A stretch of 64,000 nucleotides of DNA from assembly GCA_963727485.1 (NCBI GenBank), contig CAVSGM010000003.1:32001-96000 (forward strand), in the 5' to 3' direction. The position numbers were made by a program, and so were the translations under genes. The notes under the pieces are model-generated. The model saw only the letters and a program-made list of their open reading frames with translations, had not been told where the DNA came from and did not search any database. Of the stretch, positions 1-9,375 are shown in pieces. Source of the DNA: an uncultured delta proteobacterium (GTDB lineage Bacteria > Myxococcota > Myxococcia > SLRQ01). How positions within the stretch are numbered: the first letter of the stretch is position 1; the number at the start of each line of letters is the position of its first letter.

Positions 1-551
1 TGGGCCGGATCACAGCGCTGGCAGAGGTTCCCCGGCGCGGGGTCGCCCACGGCGTAGGTGGCGCCACCGATGAGGCAACCGGCGGTGCAGCTGCCGCCGA
101 CACACACGCCCGCGGCACCGCCGGTGGTGCACCCGGTGCCGTCGGCGCAGCCCGTACACGCAGTCGAGCCGGCGGTGAGGCAGGCCCCTCCGTCGGCGCC
201 GCCCCCGTCGCCCTGGCCGCCGTCGCCGACCCCGCCGTCGCCGACCCCGCCGTCGCCGACCCCGCCGTCGCCGACCCCGCCGTCGCCGACCCCGCCGTCC
301 CGACCCCCGTCGGACCCGCCGGACTGGCCCCCGCCGTCGCGCATGCCCCCATCCCCGCCCTGGCCACCGTCGACGTGGTCCGGCTGGAGGCACACGCCGC
401 CGCTGCAGATGAGCCCCGCGGCGCAGCCCCCGTCGGGGTCACAGGGAAAGCCCTCGCGCTGGCTGTCCACGTTCACCCCGCAGGCGAGCATCGATCCCGC
501 GGCGAGGACGGCGAGGGCCAGGGGCAGGCGGCGGCGGGCGGAGTCGGTCAT
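1..551 (-). CDS. Cys-rich repeat lipoprotein, N-terminal part (runs off the window edge)
   Basis: Translated by hand from ATG at 551: MTDSARRRLPLALAVLAAGSMLAC (lipobox), then GVNVDSQREGFPCDPDGGC, a DGGVG linker and Cys-rich modules; N-terminus closely matches the gene starting at 24855. Confidence 0.8.
   Translation of the reverse strand, partial: MTDSARRRLPLALAVLAAGSMLACGVNVDSQREGFPCDPDGGCAAGLICSGGVCLQPDHVDGGQGGDGGMRDGGGQSGGSDGGRDGGVGDGGVGDGGVGDGGVGDGGVGDGGQGDGGGADGGACLTAGSTACTGCADGTGCTTGGAAGVCVGGSCTAGCLIGGATYAVGDPAPGNLCQRCDPA
217..291. repeat. 15-bp tandem repeat (CCGCCGTCGCCGACC) x5 encoding a (DGGVG)n linker
   Basis: Five perfect copies read directly from the sequence. Confidence 0.9.
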
Positions 552-651
552 GGGGAAGGCCTGGGGCACGTGGGTGCGTGGGGAAGAGGCCCCGGCATGC
601 TACCGCGCGGGTCCGGAGTGGACCAGCCACCGCCCATCGGCCTCCGCGGGA

Positions 652-1842
652 TCAGGGCGCCGTGAGGGTGAACGCCCCGGCGCTGCCGGTGAACGGCCCG
701 CCGAAGAGCACCTGGAGCCCGGCGTAGGCCGGCGGGCAGCAGGTCCCCTTGGTGACCACCGCCACGTCGGCGAATCCGTCGGCGTCGAGGTCGGCCCCGG
801 CGATGCCCACCGGCTGGGGCCCCACCGTCTGGGTGGGCGCCTCCACGTAGCTCAAGGCCCCGGCGCTCACGAAGGTGCGCAGGAGCCCGCTCTGGTTGCC
901 CACCAGGATGTCGGGCTGCCCGTCTCCGTCCACGTCGGCGACCGCCAGGCCCTCGGGGACCAGGGCGTCGACGGGGTGCAGCCGCAGGGGATCGAAGCCG
1001 GTGGCGGTGCGCAGGTAGACCCCGATGAAGCCCTTGCCCGCGACCACCGCGTCGTCGAGCCCGTCGCCGTTGAGGTCCGCGGCGACCAGCGCCGTGATCA
1101 CCTTCCCCGAAGGTGGCGCCGGTGCCGCCTGGTCGAGGAAGGTCCCCGCCGGCTGGCCCAACAGCGCCACCAGCTCCGGCCCGTTCGCCCCCTGGCGCAT
1201 CCCCAGGAGGTCGTCGGTCTTCCCGGCGTCGAGGTGGGCCACCACCGGCACCGGCGGCACCAGCAGGTGGGGCGGCGGCGGGTCCTGGCGCACCGCGAAG
1301 CCGGGGCCGGGCCAGAGGTCGGAGTTGGTGCCGCCCACCACGTAGAGGTCGGGGTGCCCGTCGCCGGTGAAGTCGCCGACCACCAGCGCCGAGCACCCGG
1401 TGCAGGGCGCCACCCGGCCGCCGGTGGCCGGCACCGCGAACTGCCCGCCCCCCTGGTTCGCCAGGATCGCCACCCCCTTGGAGAGCAGGGTCACGATGTC
1501 GGGCTTCCCGTCGCCGGTGACGTCGGCGACCTGGGCGTCGAGGACGTGCTCGGTGGTCACCAGCTGGAGCGCCACCTCCGGGGCCAGGTGGCCGTCGCCG
1601 GTGTTCCAGTGGATGGAGATGGCGTCCCCGGCGTCGTTGGCGGTGAGAATGTCCGGCTTGCCGTTGCCGTCGAGGTCGGCGACGCGCACCGCCTGGGGGA
1701 TCTTGGAGAGGTAGTAGCGCGAGAGGTGCCGGTCGTAGAGCTTGGGCCCCCCGGGGCAGCCGGCGGCGAGGGTGAGGCCCGCCAGCGCCAGGAGGGTCGC
1801 CGCGCGTCGCGCGCCGCGCCCGTGCGTGCATCCAGATGCCAT
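652..1842 (-). CDS. FG-GAP/VCBS repeat beta-propeller lipoprotein
   Basis: LAAGC lipobox; repeated ADLDGNGKPDI, ADVTGDGKPDI, GDFTGDGHPDL, ADLNGDGLDD and ADVDGDGQPDI motifs; start placed at 1842 (TAGGAT 7 nt upstream). Confidence 0.85.
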   Translation of the reverse strand: MASGCTHGRGARRAATLLALAGLTLAAGCPGGPKLYDRHLSRYYLSKIPQAVRVADLDGNGKPDILTANDAGDAISIHWNTGDGHLAPEVALQLVTTEHVLDAQVADVTGDGKPDIVTLLSKGVAILANQGGGQFAVPATGGRVAPCTGCSALVVGDFTGDGHPDLYVVGGTNSDLWPGPGFAVRQDPPPPHLLVPPVPVVAHLDAGKTDDLLGMRQGANGPELVALLGQPAGTFLDQAAPAPPSGKVITALVAADLNGDGLDDAVVAGKGFIGVYLRTATGFDPLRLHPVDALVPEGLAVADVDGDGQPDILVGNQSGLLRTFVSAGALSYVEAPTQTVGPQPVGIAGADLDADGFADVAVVTKGTCCPPAYAGLQVLFGGPFTGSAGAFTLTAP

Positions 1843-1873
1843 CGGATCCATCCTAGGACATCGAGGTCCCCCC

Positions 1874-2383
1874 ATGCTCGAACCCTTCGGCGAATTCTCC
1901 CCCGAGATCCACCCCGACGCCTGGGTCCACGATCGCGCCACCGTCATCGGCCGGGTCCGCCTCGGCGCCCGCTCCACCGTCTGGCCCGGGGTGACCCTGC
2001 GCGGCGACGACGGCCCGATCACCATCGGCGCCGACACCTCGATCCAGGACAACACCGTCGCCCACATCACCGGCGGCAGGTCCGAGACCGTCATCGGCGA
2101 CCGGGTCACCGTCGGCCACTCGGTGATCCTCCACGGCTGCCAGGTCGCCGACGACGTCCTGGTGGGCATGGGCGCCATCCTCCTCGACAACTGCAAGGTC
2201 GGCCCGTTCACGGTCATCGGCGCCGGGTCGCTCCTGCCGCTGGGGCGCGAGTACCCCGGCGGGGTGCTCCTCCTCGGCCGCCCGGCCCGGGTGGTCCGCG
2301 AGCTCACCGACGAGGACCGCTCCCTCATCACGAACGGGGTGGAGGCGTACGCGCGCCTGCGCCGGATCTACTCGGGGCGCTGA
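1874..2383 (+). CDS. Gamma carbonic anhydrase family (YrdA/PaaY-like) protein
   Basis: Hexapeptide repeats, LRGD, IQDNTVAH, TVGHSVILHGC with three Zn-ligand His. Confidence 0.9.
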   Translation: MLEPFGEFSPEIHPDAWVHDRATVIGRVRLGARSTVWPGVTLRGDDGPITIGADTSIQDNTVAHITGGRSETVIGDRVTVGHSVILHGCQVADDVLVGMGAILLDNCKVGPFTVIGAGSLLPLGREYPGGVLLLGRPARVVRELTDEDRSLITNGVEAYARLRRIYSGR

Positions 2384-4235
2384 CCGCCGCCGCGCCCTCG
2401 AGGTGGAGGCCGGCGTCGAGGAGCGCGCGCTCTGCCTGCCCCGCCCGGGTCTGGTAGCCGGGGGCGGCCAGCCAGGCCTTGAGCCTGGGGCTCACCGGGA
2501 AGGCGTAGTCCGCCGGCTCCCAGGGCAGGCGGGTCCCGTCGCCGAGGGCGAGGCGCCCGTCCTCCACCAGCTGCGTCGCCTCCGGGAGCGGCCGGCCGCT
2601 GACCACCCGGCGGATGGCCTCGAAGCGCCCGGCGGCCTCGGGGTCGAGGAAGTGGAAGTGCCGGGCCCCCACCAGGGCGTTGTGGTAGTGCGCCGGGCGG
2701 TGGAGGATGCCGTCGAGGCCCAGGCGGTAGCAGATCTGCACCAGGGCCTCGAGGATCTCCCCGGACAGCCCCAGGCCCGGGTGGCTCTGCCCGGGGAGGC
2801 GCGGCCGGGCGGGGCTGAACTCGGCGGTGGGGTCCTGGAGCATCAGCCACTCCACCCACAGGACCTCCAGGGGCCCCGGGGGCTCGAGGGGCCCGGGCGC
2901 CGGGAGCTCGGTGCGCCTGGCCACGACCTCGGCGAGGAGGTGGTAGGTGTGCGCCGGATCCCGGCGCTTGCGCCCGTGGATGCGCACCACCTGGCGCCAC
3001 CGGTCCTCGAGCTCGCCTGTGACCCGCAGGTCCCGGAAGCCCAGGTCCCGGAGGCGGTCGAGGATCCCGTAGCGCTCCAGGGCGTACTCGATGCCCTGGA
3101 CGGTGTAGTAGCCGAGGAAGCGCCGCGCCGGCGGGTGGGCCCCGAGGTCGAGGAGGAGATCCTCGGCGGTGAGCTCGAGCTCGCCGGGCTGCTCCTTCTG
3201 GAGCTCGAAGGGATCGAGGGCCCGGGCCACCCGGCGGTAGAGGTGGCGCAGGTCGAAGCGCGGAGCCTTGCGCGCCGCCCGGGCCTCACCGGAGAGCGCG
3301 TAGCGCACCAGGTTCACCGAGCACTCCCAGGCCGGCCGGGAGTAGCCCCCGGCGAGGGTCACCACCGTCCTGGCGCCGACCTCGCGGATCCACTTGAGGG
3401 TCAGGCGGTCGCGCTCGAGGACGCCTGCGGGGGTGAGCTTCAGGTCCCCGAGGCGGTCGCCGGCGAGGACGTCGTTGCCGGCGAGGAAGAAGACGAGGGC
3501 CGGCTTGTGGGCCGCCAGCGCCTTCGGCAGCGTCTCCCGGAGCTGCGCCAGGTAGGCCGCGTCGCCGCTCCCGGTGGGCACCAGGACCCCCACGTCGGCG
3601 ACGGCGTCCACCTCGGTCCACACCGAGGCGTGCAGCGAGTAGGTGAGCACCGTGGGGTCGTTGGCGAAGAACACCAGGTTGCCGTTGCCCTGGTGGTAGT
3701 CGAGGTCGACGATGGCGATGCGGTCGGCGAAGCCCTTGTGGCGCAGCACCGCGATGGCCGCGGCCACGTCGTTGTAGATGCAGAAGCCCCCGCCCCGGTC
3801 GGGCTCGGCGTGGTGGAAGCCGCCGCCGAGGTTCACCGCGGTCTCCAGGAGGCCATGGCCGCAGGCGAGCGCCGCGCCGATGGTGCCCCCCACCGCGCGC
3901 CGGGCCGCGGTGAGCAGCGGGTCCACCGCCACCACCGCCGGGTCGAGGCCGAAGATGCGCCCCAGGGTCTCGGCGCGGGTCACCGACTCCAGGTAGGCGG
4001 GGGGGTGGACCCGGGCCAGGGTGTGGAGCGAGACCGGGTGGGGCGCCCGGACGTCGCCGGCGCGGATGAGGCGCTCGGTGACCAGCTGCCCGAGGATGAG
4101 CTCGCCGCGGTAGGGGACGATGCCGGGGATGCGTCCGTCGGGGCCGAGGTCCGGGGCGTACTCGGAGTGGTACCAGAGGCCCACCTCGCGGGTGAGGCGG
4201 AGGCGGGCCCGGAGGCGTGCCAGGGTCGCGAGCAC
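2328..4235 (-). CDS. Histone deacetylase (AcuC/AphA-like) family protein with a ~260-aa C-terminal extra domain
   Basis: GGGFHHA, GFCIYND, DLDYHQGNG, AGNDxxxxDRLG and LAGGY motifs; GTG start 2 nt after the upstream stop. Confidence 0.85.
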   Translation of the reverse strand: MLATLARLRARLRLTREVGLWYHSEYAPDLGPDGRIPGIVPYRGELILGQLVTERLIRAGDVRAPHPVSLHTLARVHPPAYLESVTRAETLGRIFGLDPAVVAVDPLLTAARRAVGGTIGAALACGHGLLETAVNLGGGFHHAEPDRGGGFCIYNDVAAAIAVLRHKGFADRIAIVDLDYHQGNGNLVFFANDPTVLTYSLHASVWTEVDAVADVGVLVPTGSGDAAYLAQLRETLPKALAAHKPALVFFLAGNDVLAGDRLGDLKLTPAGVLERDRLTLKWIREVGARTVVTLAGGYSRPAWECSVNLVRYALSGEARAARKAPRFDLRHLYRRVARALDPFELQKEQPGELELTAEDLLLDLGAHPPARRFLGYYTVQGIEYALERYGILDRLRDLGFRDLRVTGELEDRWRQVVRIHGRKRRDPAHTYHLLAEVVARRTELPAPGPLEPPGPLEVLWVEWLMLQDPTAEFSPARPRLPGQSHPGLGLSGEILEALVQICYRLGLDGILHRPAHYHNALVGARHFHFLDPEAAGRFEAIRRVVSGRPLPEATQLVEDGRLALGDGTRLPWEPADYAFPVSPRLKAWLAAPGYQTRAGQAERALLDAGLHLEGAAAVSAPSRSGAGARTPPPRS

Positions 4236-4237
4236 GG

Positions 4238-5347
4238 TCAGACCCCCACGTCGCCGCCCCGGCGCTCGGGGGCGAGGCCCAGGGACTTCAGGAAGGCCTC
4301 GGGATCGCCGGCGACCTCCGCCGGGGTGCGGGCGCCGGGGGCCGGAGGGCGCTCGAGGAGGCGGCGGGCCCCGGCGACGAGGATCTCCCCGGTGAGGCCG
4401 TAGGGGTCGGTGAGGGGCACGGAGACGGTGACCGCGGCGCGGGCGCCGGCCTCGGTGCCGTGGGCGATGGCGAGGACCCGGCCCCGGGAGGCCTGGCGAC
4501 GGCCGGCCCCGGGGCCCCGGGGGAGCCGGTCGGAGGCGAAGCGCGCGAGGCGGCCGAGGGGGCCCCGGGCGAGGGCCGGGAGCGCGGGCCCGACAGGCGA
4601 GAGGACCCGGGCGGCGGCCCGGGGGACCTGGAGCCAGGTGCGCACCTCGGCCACGTCGAGGTGCCGGGGGACGGTGAGGACCTCGCCCGAGGGGAAGCTC
4701 GCCACGGTGGCCTCGCCGCCGCCGGGGAGGCTCACCGTTCGCACCTGCGCGGCCGGGGGCTCGGCGGTCCGGGCGCCGCGGAGGTGCTGCCACCCGCCCC
4801 GGGCGACGGCGGTGAGGGCGCTGGCCCGGGTGCCCCGGCTGGTGCCGAAGCCGTGGAGGGCGTAGACGACGCTCACCTCGTCCACGGTGTCGAGGGCGGC
4901 GGCGGCCATCGCCGCGGCGCAGTCGGCCACCGCCACCTCGAAGGCCATCGCCGGGCAGGCGACGATCCCGGCGTCCTTCGCCCGGGCGTCGTAGTCGTCG
5001 TAGACCCGCGCCATCCACGGCTGCTCGCCGGTGGAGTCGAGGTAGTGGACCCCGGCGTCGAGGCAGGCCTCGAGGACCGGGGGCCCCAGCTCGGTGAAGG
5101 GGCCCACGGTGGAGCAGCACACCCGGGCGCCCTCGACCAGGGCCGCGAGGCTCGCCCGGTCGCCGACGTCGGCGACCCGGAGCGCCGGGGGCGTGGGGAA
5201 GGTCCGGGCCACCGCCTCGAGGCCCGCGCGGTCGCGGCCCCCGAGGACGACCTCGAGGCCGGCGCGGGCGGCGGCGGCGGCCAGGAGGCGGCCGGTGTAG
5301 CCGGTGGCGCCGAAGAGCACCACCGGGCCGGTGGGCCGAGCGTCCAT
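4238..5347 (-). CDS. Saccharopine dehydrogenase-like (trans-acting enoyl reductase family) NAD(P)-binding oxidoreductase
   Basis: VVLFGATGYTG Rossmann motif, TVGPF, YLDSTGE, SRGT. Confidence 0.85.
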   Translation of the reverse strand: MDARPTGPVVLFGATGYTGRLLAAAAARAGLEVVLGGRDRAGLEAVARTFPTPPALRVADVGDRASLAALVEGARVCCSTVGPFTELGPPVLEACLDAGVHYLDSTGEQPWMARVYDDYDARAKDAGIVACPAMAFEVAVADCAAAMAAAALDTVDEVSVVYALHGFGTSRGTRASALTAVARGGWQHLRGARTAEPPAAQVRTVSLPGGGEATVASFPSGEVLTVPRHLDVAEVRTWLQVPRAAARVLSPVGPALPALARGPLGRLARFASDRLPRGPGAGRRQASRGRVLAIAHGTEAGARAAVTVSVPLTDPYGLTGEILVAGARRLLERPPAPGARTPAEVAGDPEAFLKSLGLAPERRGGDVGV

Positions 5348-5393
5348 GGGGCGACCATAGTCGCCCGGTCGCCGGTGGGCTACATTGCCCGCC

Positions 5394-5873
5394 ATGGCCG
5401 GCCTCGACACCCTGGCGCCCACCGAGCAGCGGACCTTCTCGGTGGAGGAGGTCGGGGAGGTGATCCGCACCGCCAGCGCGCTGACCACCGCGGGCGCCAG
5501 CGGCCTGGCGCCGGCGGTCCGCGAGCGCCTGGGCTTCGCCGAGCTGCTGGAGGTGGCCCGGGAGCTGGGGATCCCCGAGGCGATGCTGCGCCAGGCGATC
5601 CCCGAGGCCGAGGCGAGGCGCCGGCGGGCGGTGAAGCGGACCAAGCGGAAGATGCGCTTCTACCGCCACCTCATCACCTGGACGCTGGTGTGCGGGGGGC
5701 TCGGCGCCCTCAACTTCCTGACCCACGGGCCGCCCTGGTCGGGAGTCGTGGCCCTGCTCTGGGGCATCCCCCTGGCGATGCATGGCTTCCGCACCTTCGT
5801 CACCGGCAAGGACGGCCGGCTCCACCAGGCGGTCTACCGCCGGGAGCTCGAGGCCGAGCGCCGGGGCGAGTGA
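5394..5873 (+). CDS. 2TM domain-containing membrane protein
   Basis: C-terminal RFYRHL..LNFLT..W..WGIPLAMH pattern with two hydrophobic segments. Confidence 0.7.
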   Translation: MAGLDTLAPTEQRTFSVEEVGEVIRTASALTTAGASGLAPAVRERLGFAELLEVARELGIPEAMLRQAIPEAEARRRRAVKRTKRKMRFYRHLITWTLVCGGLGALNFLTHGPPWSGVVALLWGIPLAMHGFRTFVTGKDGRLHQAVYRRELEAERRGE

Positions 5874-5943
5874 CCCGGCGGGCGGGGGGCACGGTCCCAC
5901 GGGGGTTGGCCCGCCTCGGACCGGTGGCTAGGGTGGCCCCGTC

Positions 5944-7029
5944 ATGACCCTGCACCCTCGCGTCCCCCTCGCCCTCCTCGTCGCCCTCGCCGGCGGCCTC
6001 CTCGCTCCCGGCGCCGCCCGCGCCGACGTGCCCCTGAAGACGGTGGCGATCCTGGAGCGCGCTCCCGGGCAGCTCGCGGTCACCAAGACCGGCCAGGTGC
6101 TGGTGGCCCCGCACCCCTACTACGACCCGGACCTCAAGCTCGCCCGGGTGGTGCGCGGGGCGCTGGTCGCCTGGCCCAACCCGGTGCTGGGCCACGGCGC
6201 CGGGAAGGGCGACCTCCACCTCACGGCGGTCACCGGGCTCACGGTCGACACCGACGGGGTGGTGTGGATCCTCGACGCCGGGGGCAGCGGGGCGCCGCCG
6301 AAGGTCCTCGGCTGGGACCCGGCGCACAAGAAGCTGGTGAAGGTGGTCCACCTCTCGGCCCCGGCGACGGCGAGCGACTCCCGGCCGGTGGGCCTCGCCG
6401 CCGACGCCGCCCACCACGCCCTCTACATCGGGGATCCGGCCGGGGGCGACGATGCGGCGCTGATCGTGGTGGACCTGGAGACCGGGGCGGCGACCCGGGT
6501 GCTCGAGGGCGACCCCAGCGTGCGCCCGGCGCACCTGCGCCTGTTGGTCGACGGCCACCCGCTCCTCCACCGGGAGGCCGACGGGCGGGTGACCCGGCCG
6601 CTCATCGGGGTCGAGGCGCTGGCCCTGGATCCGGCGCACACCTGGCTCTACTACGCGCCGCTCACCGGCAAGCACCTGTTCCGGGTGAAGACCTCGGACC
6701 TCCGGGCCGGGGGCAAGGGGCTGTCGGCCAAGGTCCAGACCTACGCGGTCAAGCCGCCGTGCCAGGCGATCGCGGTGGACGCCAAGGGCAACGTCTACGT
6801 GGGCGACGTCACCCGCGACGCGGTGGGCTACCTCGACGCCGACCGGCACTGGCACGAGCTCGCCTACGACCGGCGCCTCTCGTGGCCCGGGGCGATGGCG
6901 CTGGGGCCCAAGGGCGAGACGCTCTACGTGGGCGGCACCCAGCTCCAGCGCTCGGCGCACTACCACGCCGGGCAGGCGGCGCCCATGCGGCCCTTCTACC
7001 TCTTCTCGCTCACGGTCCCAGGGAAGTAG
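5944..7029 (+). CDS. Secreted Yellow/major royal jelly protein-like six-bladed beta-propeller
   Basis: Signal peptide ending ARA; WPN, VWILDAG, LYIGD, WLYYAPL and LSWP motifs typical of the MRJP/SMP-30 clan. Confidence 0.75.
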   Translation: MTLHPRVPLALLVALAGGLLAPGAARADVPLKTVAILERAPGQLAVTKTGQVLVAPHPYYDPDLKLARVVRGALVAWPNPVLGHGAGKGDLHLTAVTGLTVDTDGVVWILDAGGSGAPPKVLGWDPAHKKLVKVVHLSAPATASDSRPVGLAADAAHHALYIGDPAGGDDAALIVVDLETGAATRVLEGDPSVRPAHLRLLVDGHPLLHREADGRVTRPLIGVEALALDPAHTWLYYAPLTGKHLFRVKTSDLRAGGKGLSAKVQTYAVKPPCQAIAVDAKGNVYVGDVTRDAVGYLDADRHWHELAYDRRLSWPGAMALGPKGETLYVGGTQLQRSAHYHAGQAAPMRPFYLFSLTVPGK

Positions 7030-7103
7030 GCGAGGGGATCCCGCCCCCTTTGCCCGGGCGCCGGCGTTGCCCATGTTCCAGGTGACGCCACAAGGAGCCT
7101 GCC

Positions 7104-7496
7104 ATGATCCGCAGCATCGAGGAGAAGGCCCGGGCCGAGCTCTTCCGCCGTCGCGCGGAGCTGCTCAATCTCCGGGGGGAGCTCGCCGAGGCCGAGTCCG
7201 AGACCGGGAACGGGACCGGGGTGACCACCGGGGAGCTCGGCGGTGACTTCACCGACCAGGCGAGCCGGGCGGAGCTCGCCGAGCGCCTCGAGCGCCTCGA
7301 CGAGTCGGAGCTCCGGGAGCTCCAGGCGATCCAGGACGCCATCGCGCGCCTCGACGCCGGCGACTACGGCGTCTGCGAGGCCTGCGGCGGGCCCATCAAT
7401 CCCGAGCGCCTCCTGGCGATCCCCGAGACGCGCATCTGCATCGCCTGCGCCCAGCTCGAGGAGGACCGGGCGCGGCCGCTTCGCCGGCGGCCGTGA
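7104..7496 (+). CDS. TraR/DksA family C4 zinc-finger transcription factor
   Basis: Coiled coil with DFTDQA tip; YGVCEACGGPINPERLLAIPETRICIAC; AAGGAG RBS. Confidence 0.9.
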   Translation: MIRSIEEKARAELFRRRAELLNLRGELAEAESETGNGTGVTTGELGGDFTDQASRAELAERLERLDESELRELQAIQDAIARLDAGDYGVCEACGGPINPERLLAIPETRICIACAQLEEDRARPLRRRP

Positions 7497-7529
7497 GGCG
7501 CGGCGGCGTGCGCTGAAGGGACCCGCAGG

Positions 7530-7766
7530 TCAGGGGGTCTTGGGGACGTCCTTGTCCTGGGGCGCGCCCTTGCCGGTGTCCGGCGCGGTGGTCTTGGCGG
7601 CCTCGCCGGGCTGGGTGCCCTCCTTGCTCGTGGCCCCCAGCGCCTTCTCCCACTTGCCCTTGGTGGTCTGATCGTGGGGCTTGGTCGGCGGCTGGTTGTT
7701 GGGGCAGCCAGTGAGGGCGAGGGCCCCGAAGAGGGCCGAGGCGATGGCGAGGGTCCGGATGCGCAT
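7530..7766 (-). CDS. Small lipoprotein, unknown function
   Basis: MRIRTLAIASALFGALALTGC lipobox; begins 11 nt after the hemG stop. Confidence 0.7.
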   Translation of the reverse strand: MRIRTLAIASALFGALALTGCPNNQPPTKPHDQTTKGKWEKALGATSKEGTQPGEAAKTTAPDTGKGAPQDKDVPKTP

Positions 7767-7777
7767 GACCGAACTTG

Positions 7778-9247
7778 CTACACCGGCGCCGCGCCGGATT
7801 CAAGACCGGCGTCGGCCCCCGGGCCCCCGGCGGAGCCCTCGACCCCGCCTCGGGCGAGCTCGGCGACGAGACGGGCGGTGCGCACGGCGTCGGCGGTGCA
7901 GTCGTTGAGGCCGATGCCCCGCAGGGCGTTGCCGGTGACGAAGAGGCCCGGGTGGCGGCTCTCGGCGGCCTCGACCCGGCGGACCCGGGTCCCGTGGCCC
8001 ACGACGTACTGGGGGATCGCCTTCTCCCACCGGAAGATCCGGAGGAACTCGGGCTCGTCCCAGGTGATGCCCATGGTGGCCTGGTGCTCGGCGCGGACCT
8101 TGGCGACGAGCTGGTCGTCGGGGAGGGCGGCGAGATCCGGGCGCCGGGCGCCGCCGACCATGGTCCGGAGGAGCACGTGGCCCTCGGGGGCGCGGTGGCC
8201 CGGGTAGATCGACGAGCTCCACAGGACGCCCAGGACGTCGCGCCCCTCGCCCGAGGGGACGAGGAAGCCGAAGCCGTGGAGGGGGTGGTCGAGGCGCTCG
8301 CGCTTGAAGCCGGTGGCGACCACCGACACGGCGGCGTAGGGGATCTCGCCGAGGGCGGCGCCGAGGTCCTCGTCGAGGGGGGCGAGGAACCGGCGGGCGG
8401 CGTGGGCCGGGGCCGAGGAGACCACCGCGTCGCAGTCGAGGGTCTCGCCGCTGTCGAGGCGCACCTGGAAGCCGCCGCCCGGGCGCTCGTGGACGCTCTT
8501 GACCGGGGCGCCGGTGCGCACCTCGCCGTCGATCGCCTCGGCGATGCCGGCGATGAGCTGGCCCATGCCCTTGTCCATGGAGTGGAGGCTCCCGCCCGGG
8601 CCCGCGGGGCCGCCGGCGGCCTTCTTGGTGTCGCCGCGCTTCTTCTTCTCCCGGGCCTTGGCGAACATCCCCCGGAACAGCCCCCCGTGCTCCATCTCCA
8701 GGGCCTTGATGCTGGGGAAGGCGCTGGTCACCGAGAGGCGCTCCACGTCGCCGGCGTGGACCCCGGAGACGAAGGGGTCGAGCATCCGTTGGACCATCTT
8801 GGGCCCGAGGCGCCGGCGCCCGAAGTCGGCCAGGGACTCGTCGGCGGGCCCCTTGCCCTTGAAGGGCTCGAGGAGGACCCGGAGCTTGGCGCCGAAGGGC
8901 AAGAGCGGGGTGGTGAGGAACGCCGGCGGCGAGCTCGGCAGCGCCACCAGCTTCCCGTCCACGAAGAGGTAACGGATCTTGGCGGCGTCGTCGGCGCGGA
9001 TCATCTTGCCTTCGAGGCCGAGGTCACGGACCAGGTCCACGGTGGCGGGCTTGGAGTCGAGGAAGCCGTTGGGGCCGCCCTCGGCGACCCAGCCGTCGTC
9101 GCCCGCCGAGCCCACGGTGCCGCCGAGGCTCGGGCCCGCCTCGAGGACGGTGAGCTCCGCGGGCTCGCCCTCGGCGGCGAGGGCGCCCTGGATGCGATAG
9201 GCGGTGGACAGGCCGGAGATCCCGGCTCCGATGACGACGACGCGCAT
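7778..9247 (-). CDS. hemG: Protoporphyrinogen/coproporphyrinogen oxidase (HemY/HemG FAD type)
   Basis: VIGAGISGL, EGGPNGF, GFGFLVP, AIPQYVVGH, GIGLNDC; adjacent to hemE. Confidence 0.92.
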   Translation of the reverse strand: MRVVVIGAGISGLSTAYRIQGALAAEGEPAELTVLEAGPSLGGTVGSAGDDGWVAEGGPNGFLDSKPATVDLVRDLGLEGKMIRADDAAKIRYLFVDGKLVALPSSPPAFLTTPLLPFGAKLRVLLEPFKGKGPADESLADFGRRRLGPKMVQRMLDPFVSGVHAGDVERLSVTSAFPSIKALEMEHGGLFRGMFAKAREKKKRGDTKKAAGGPAGPGGSLHSMDKGMGQLIAGIAEAIDGEVRTGAPVKSVHERPGGGFQVRLDSGETLDCDAVVSSAPAHAARRFLAPLDEDLGAALGEIPYAAVSVVATGFKRERLDHPLHGFGFLVPSGEGRDVLGVLWSSSIYPGHRAPEGHVLLRTMVGGARRPDLAALPDDQLVAKVRAEHQATMGITWDEPEFLRIFRWEKAIPQYVVGHGTRVRRVEAAESRHPGLFVTGNALRGIGLNDCTADAVRTARLVAELARGGVEGSAGGPGADAGLESGAAPV

Positions 9248-9375
9248 GGTGCCTCCTTCGGTGCGGGGGCAGCTTCAGCGCCCGATGGGCTGGGGGCCAC
9301 CACCTAGCGCGGGTTTTGCGCCGCTTTGTGCGCGGGGGCCCGCCGGGCCACGAGCGCCCGCCCACTCGTTGCCGC

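Noticed and set aside
217..291. Tandem repeats (also 16841-16913, ~19245-19330, 59681-59738) as CRISPR
   Set aside because: No unique spacers, units too short or in-frame coding linkers, and no cas genes
2328..2383. Convergent 3' overlaps (gamma-CA/HDAC 56 bp; dapE/arsC 14 bp)
   Set aside because: Common in GC-rich genomes; the overlapping tails are low-complexity
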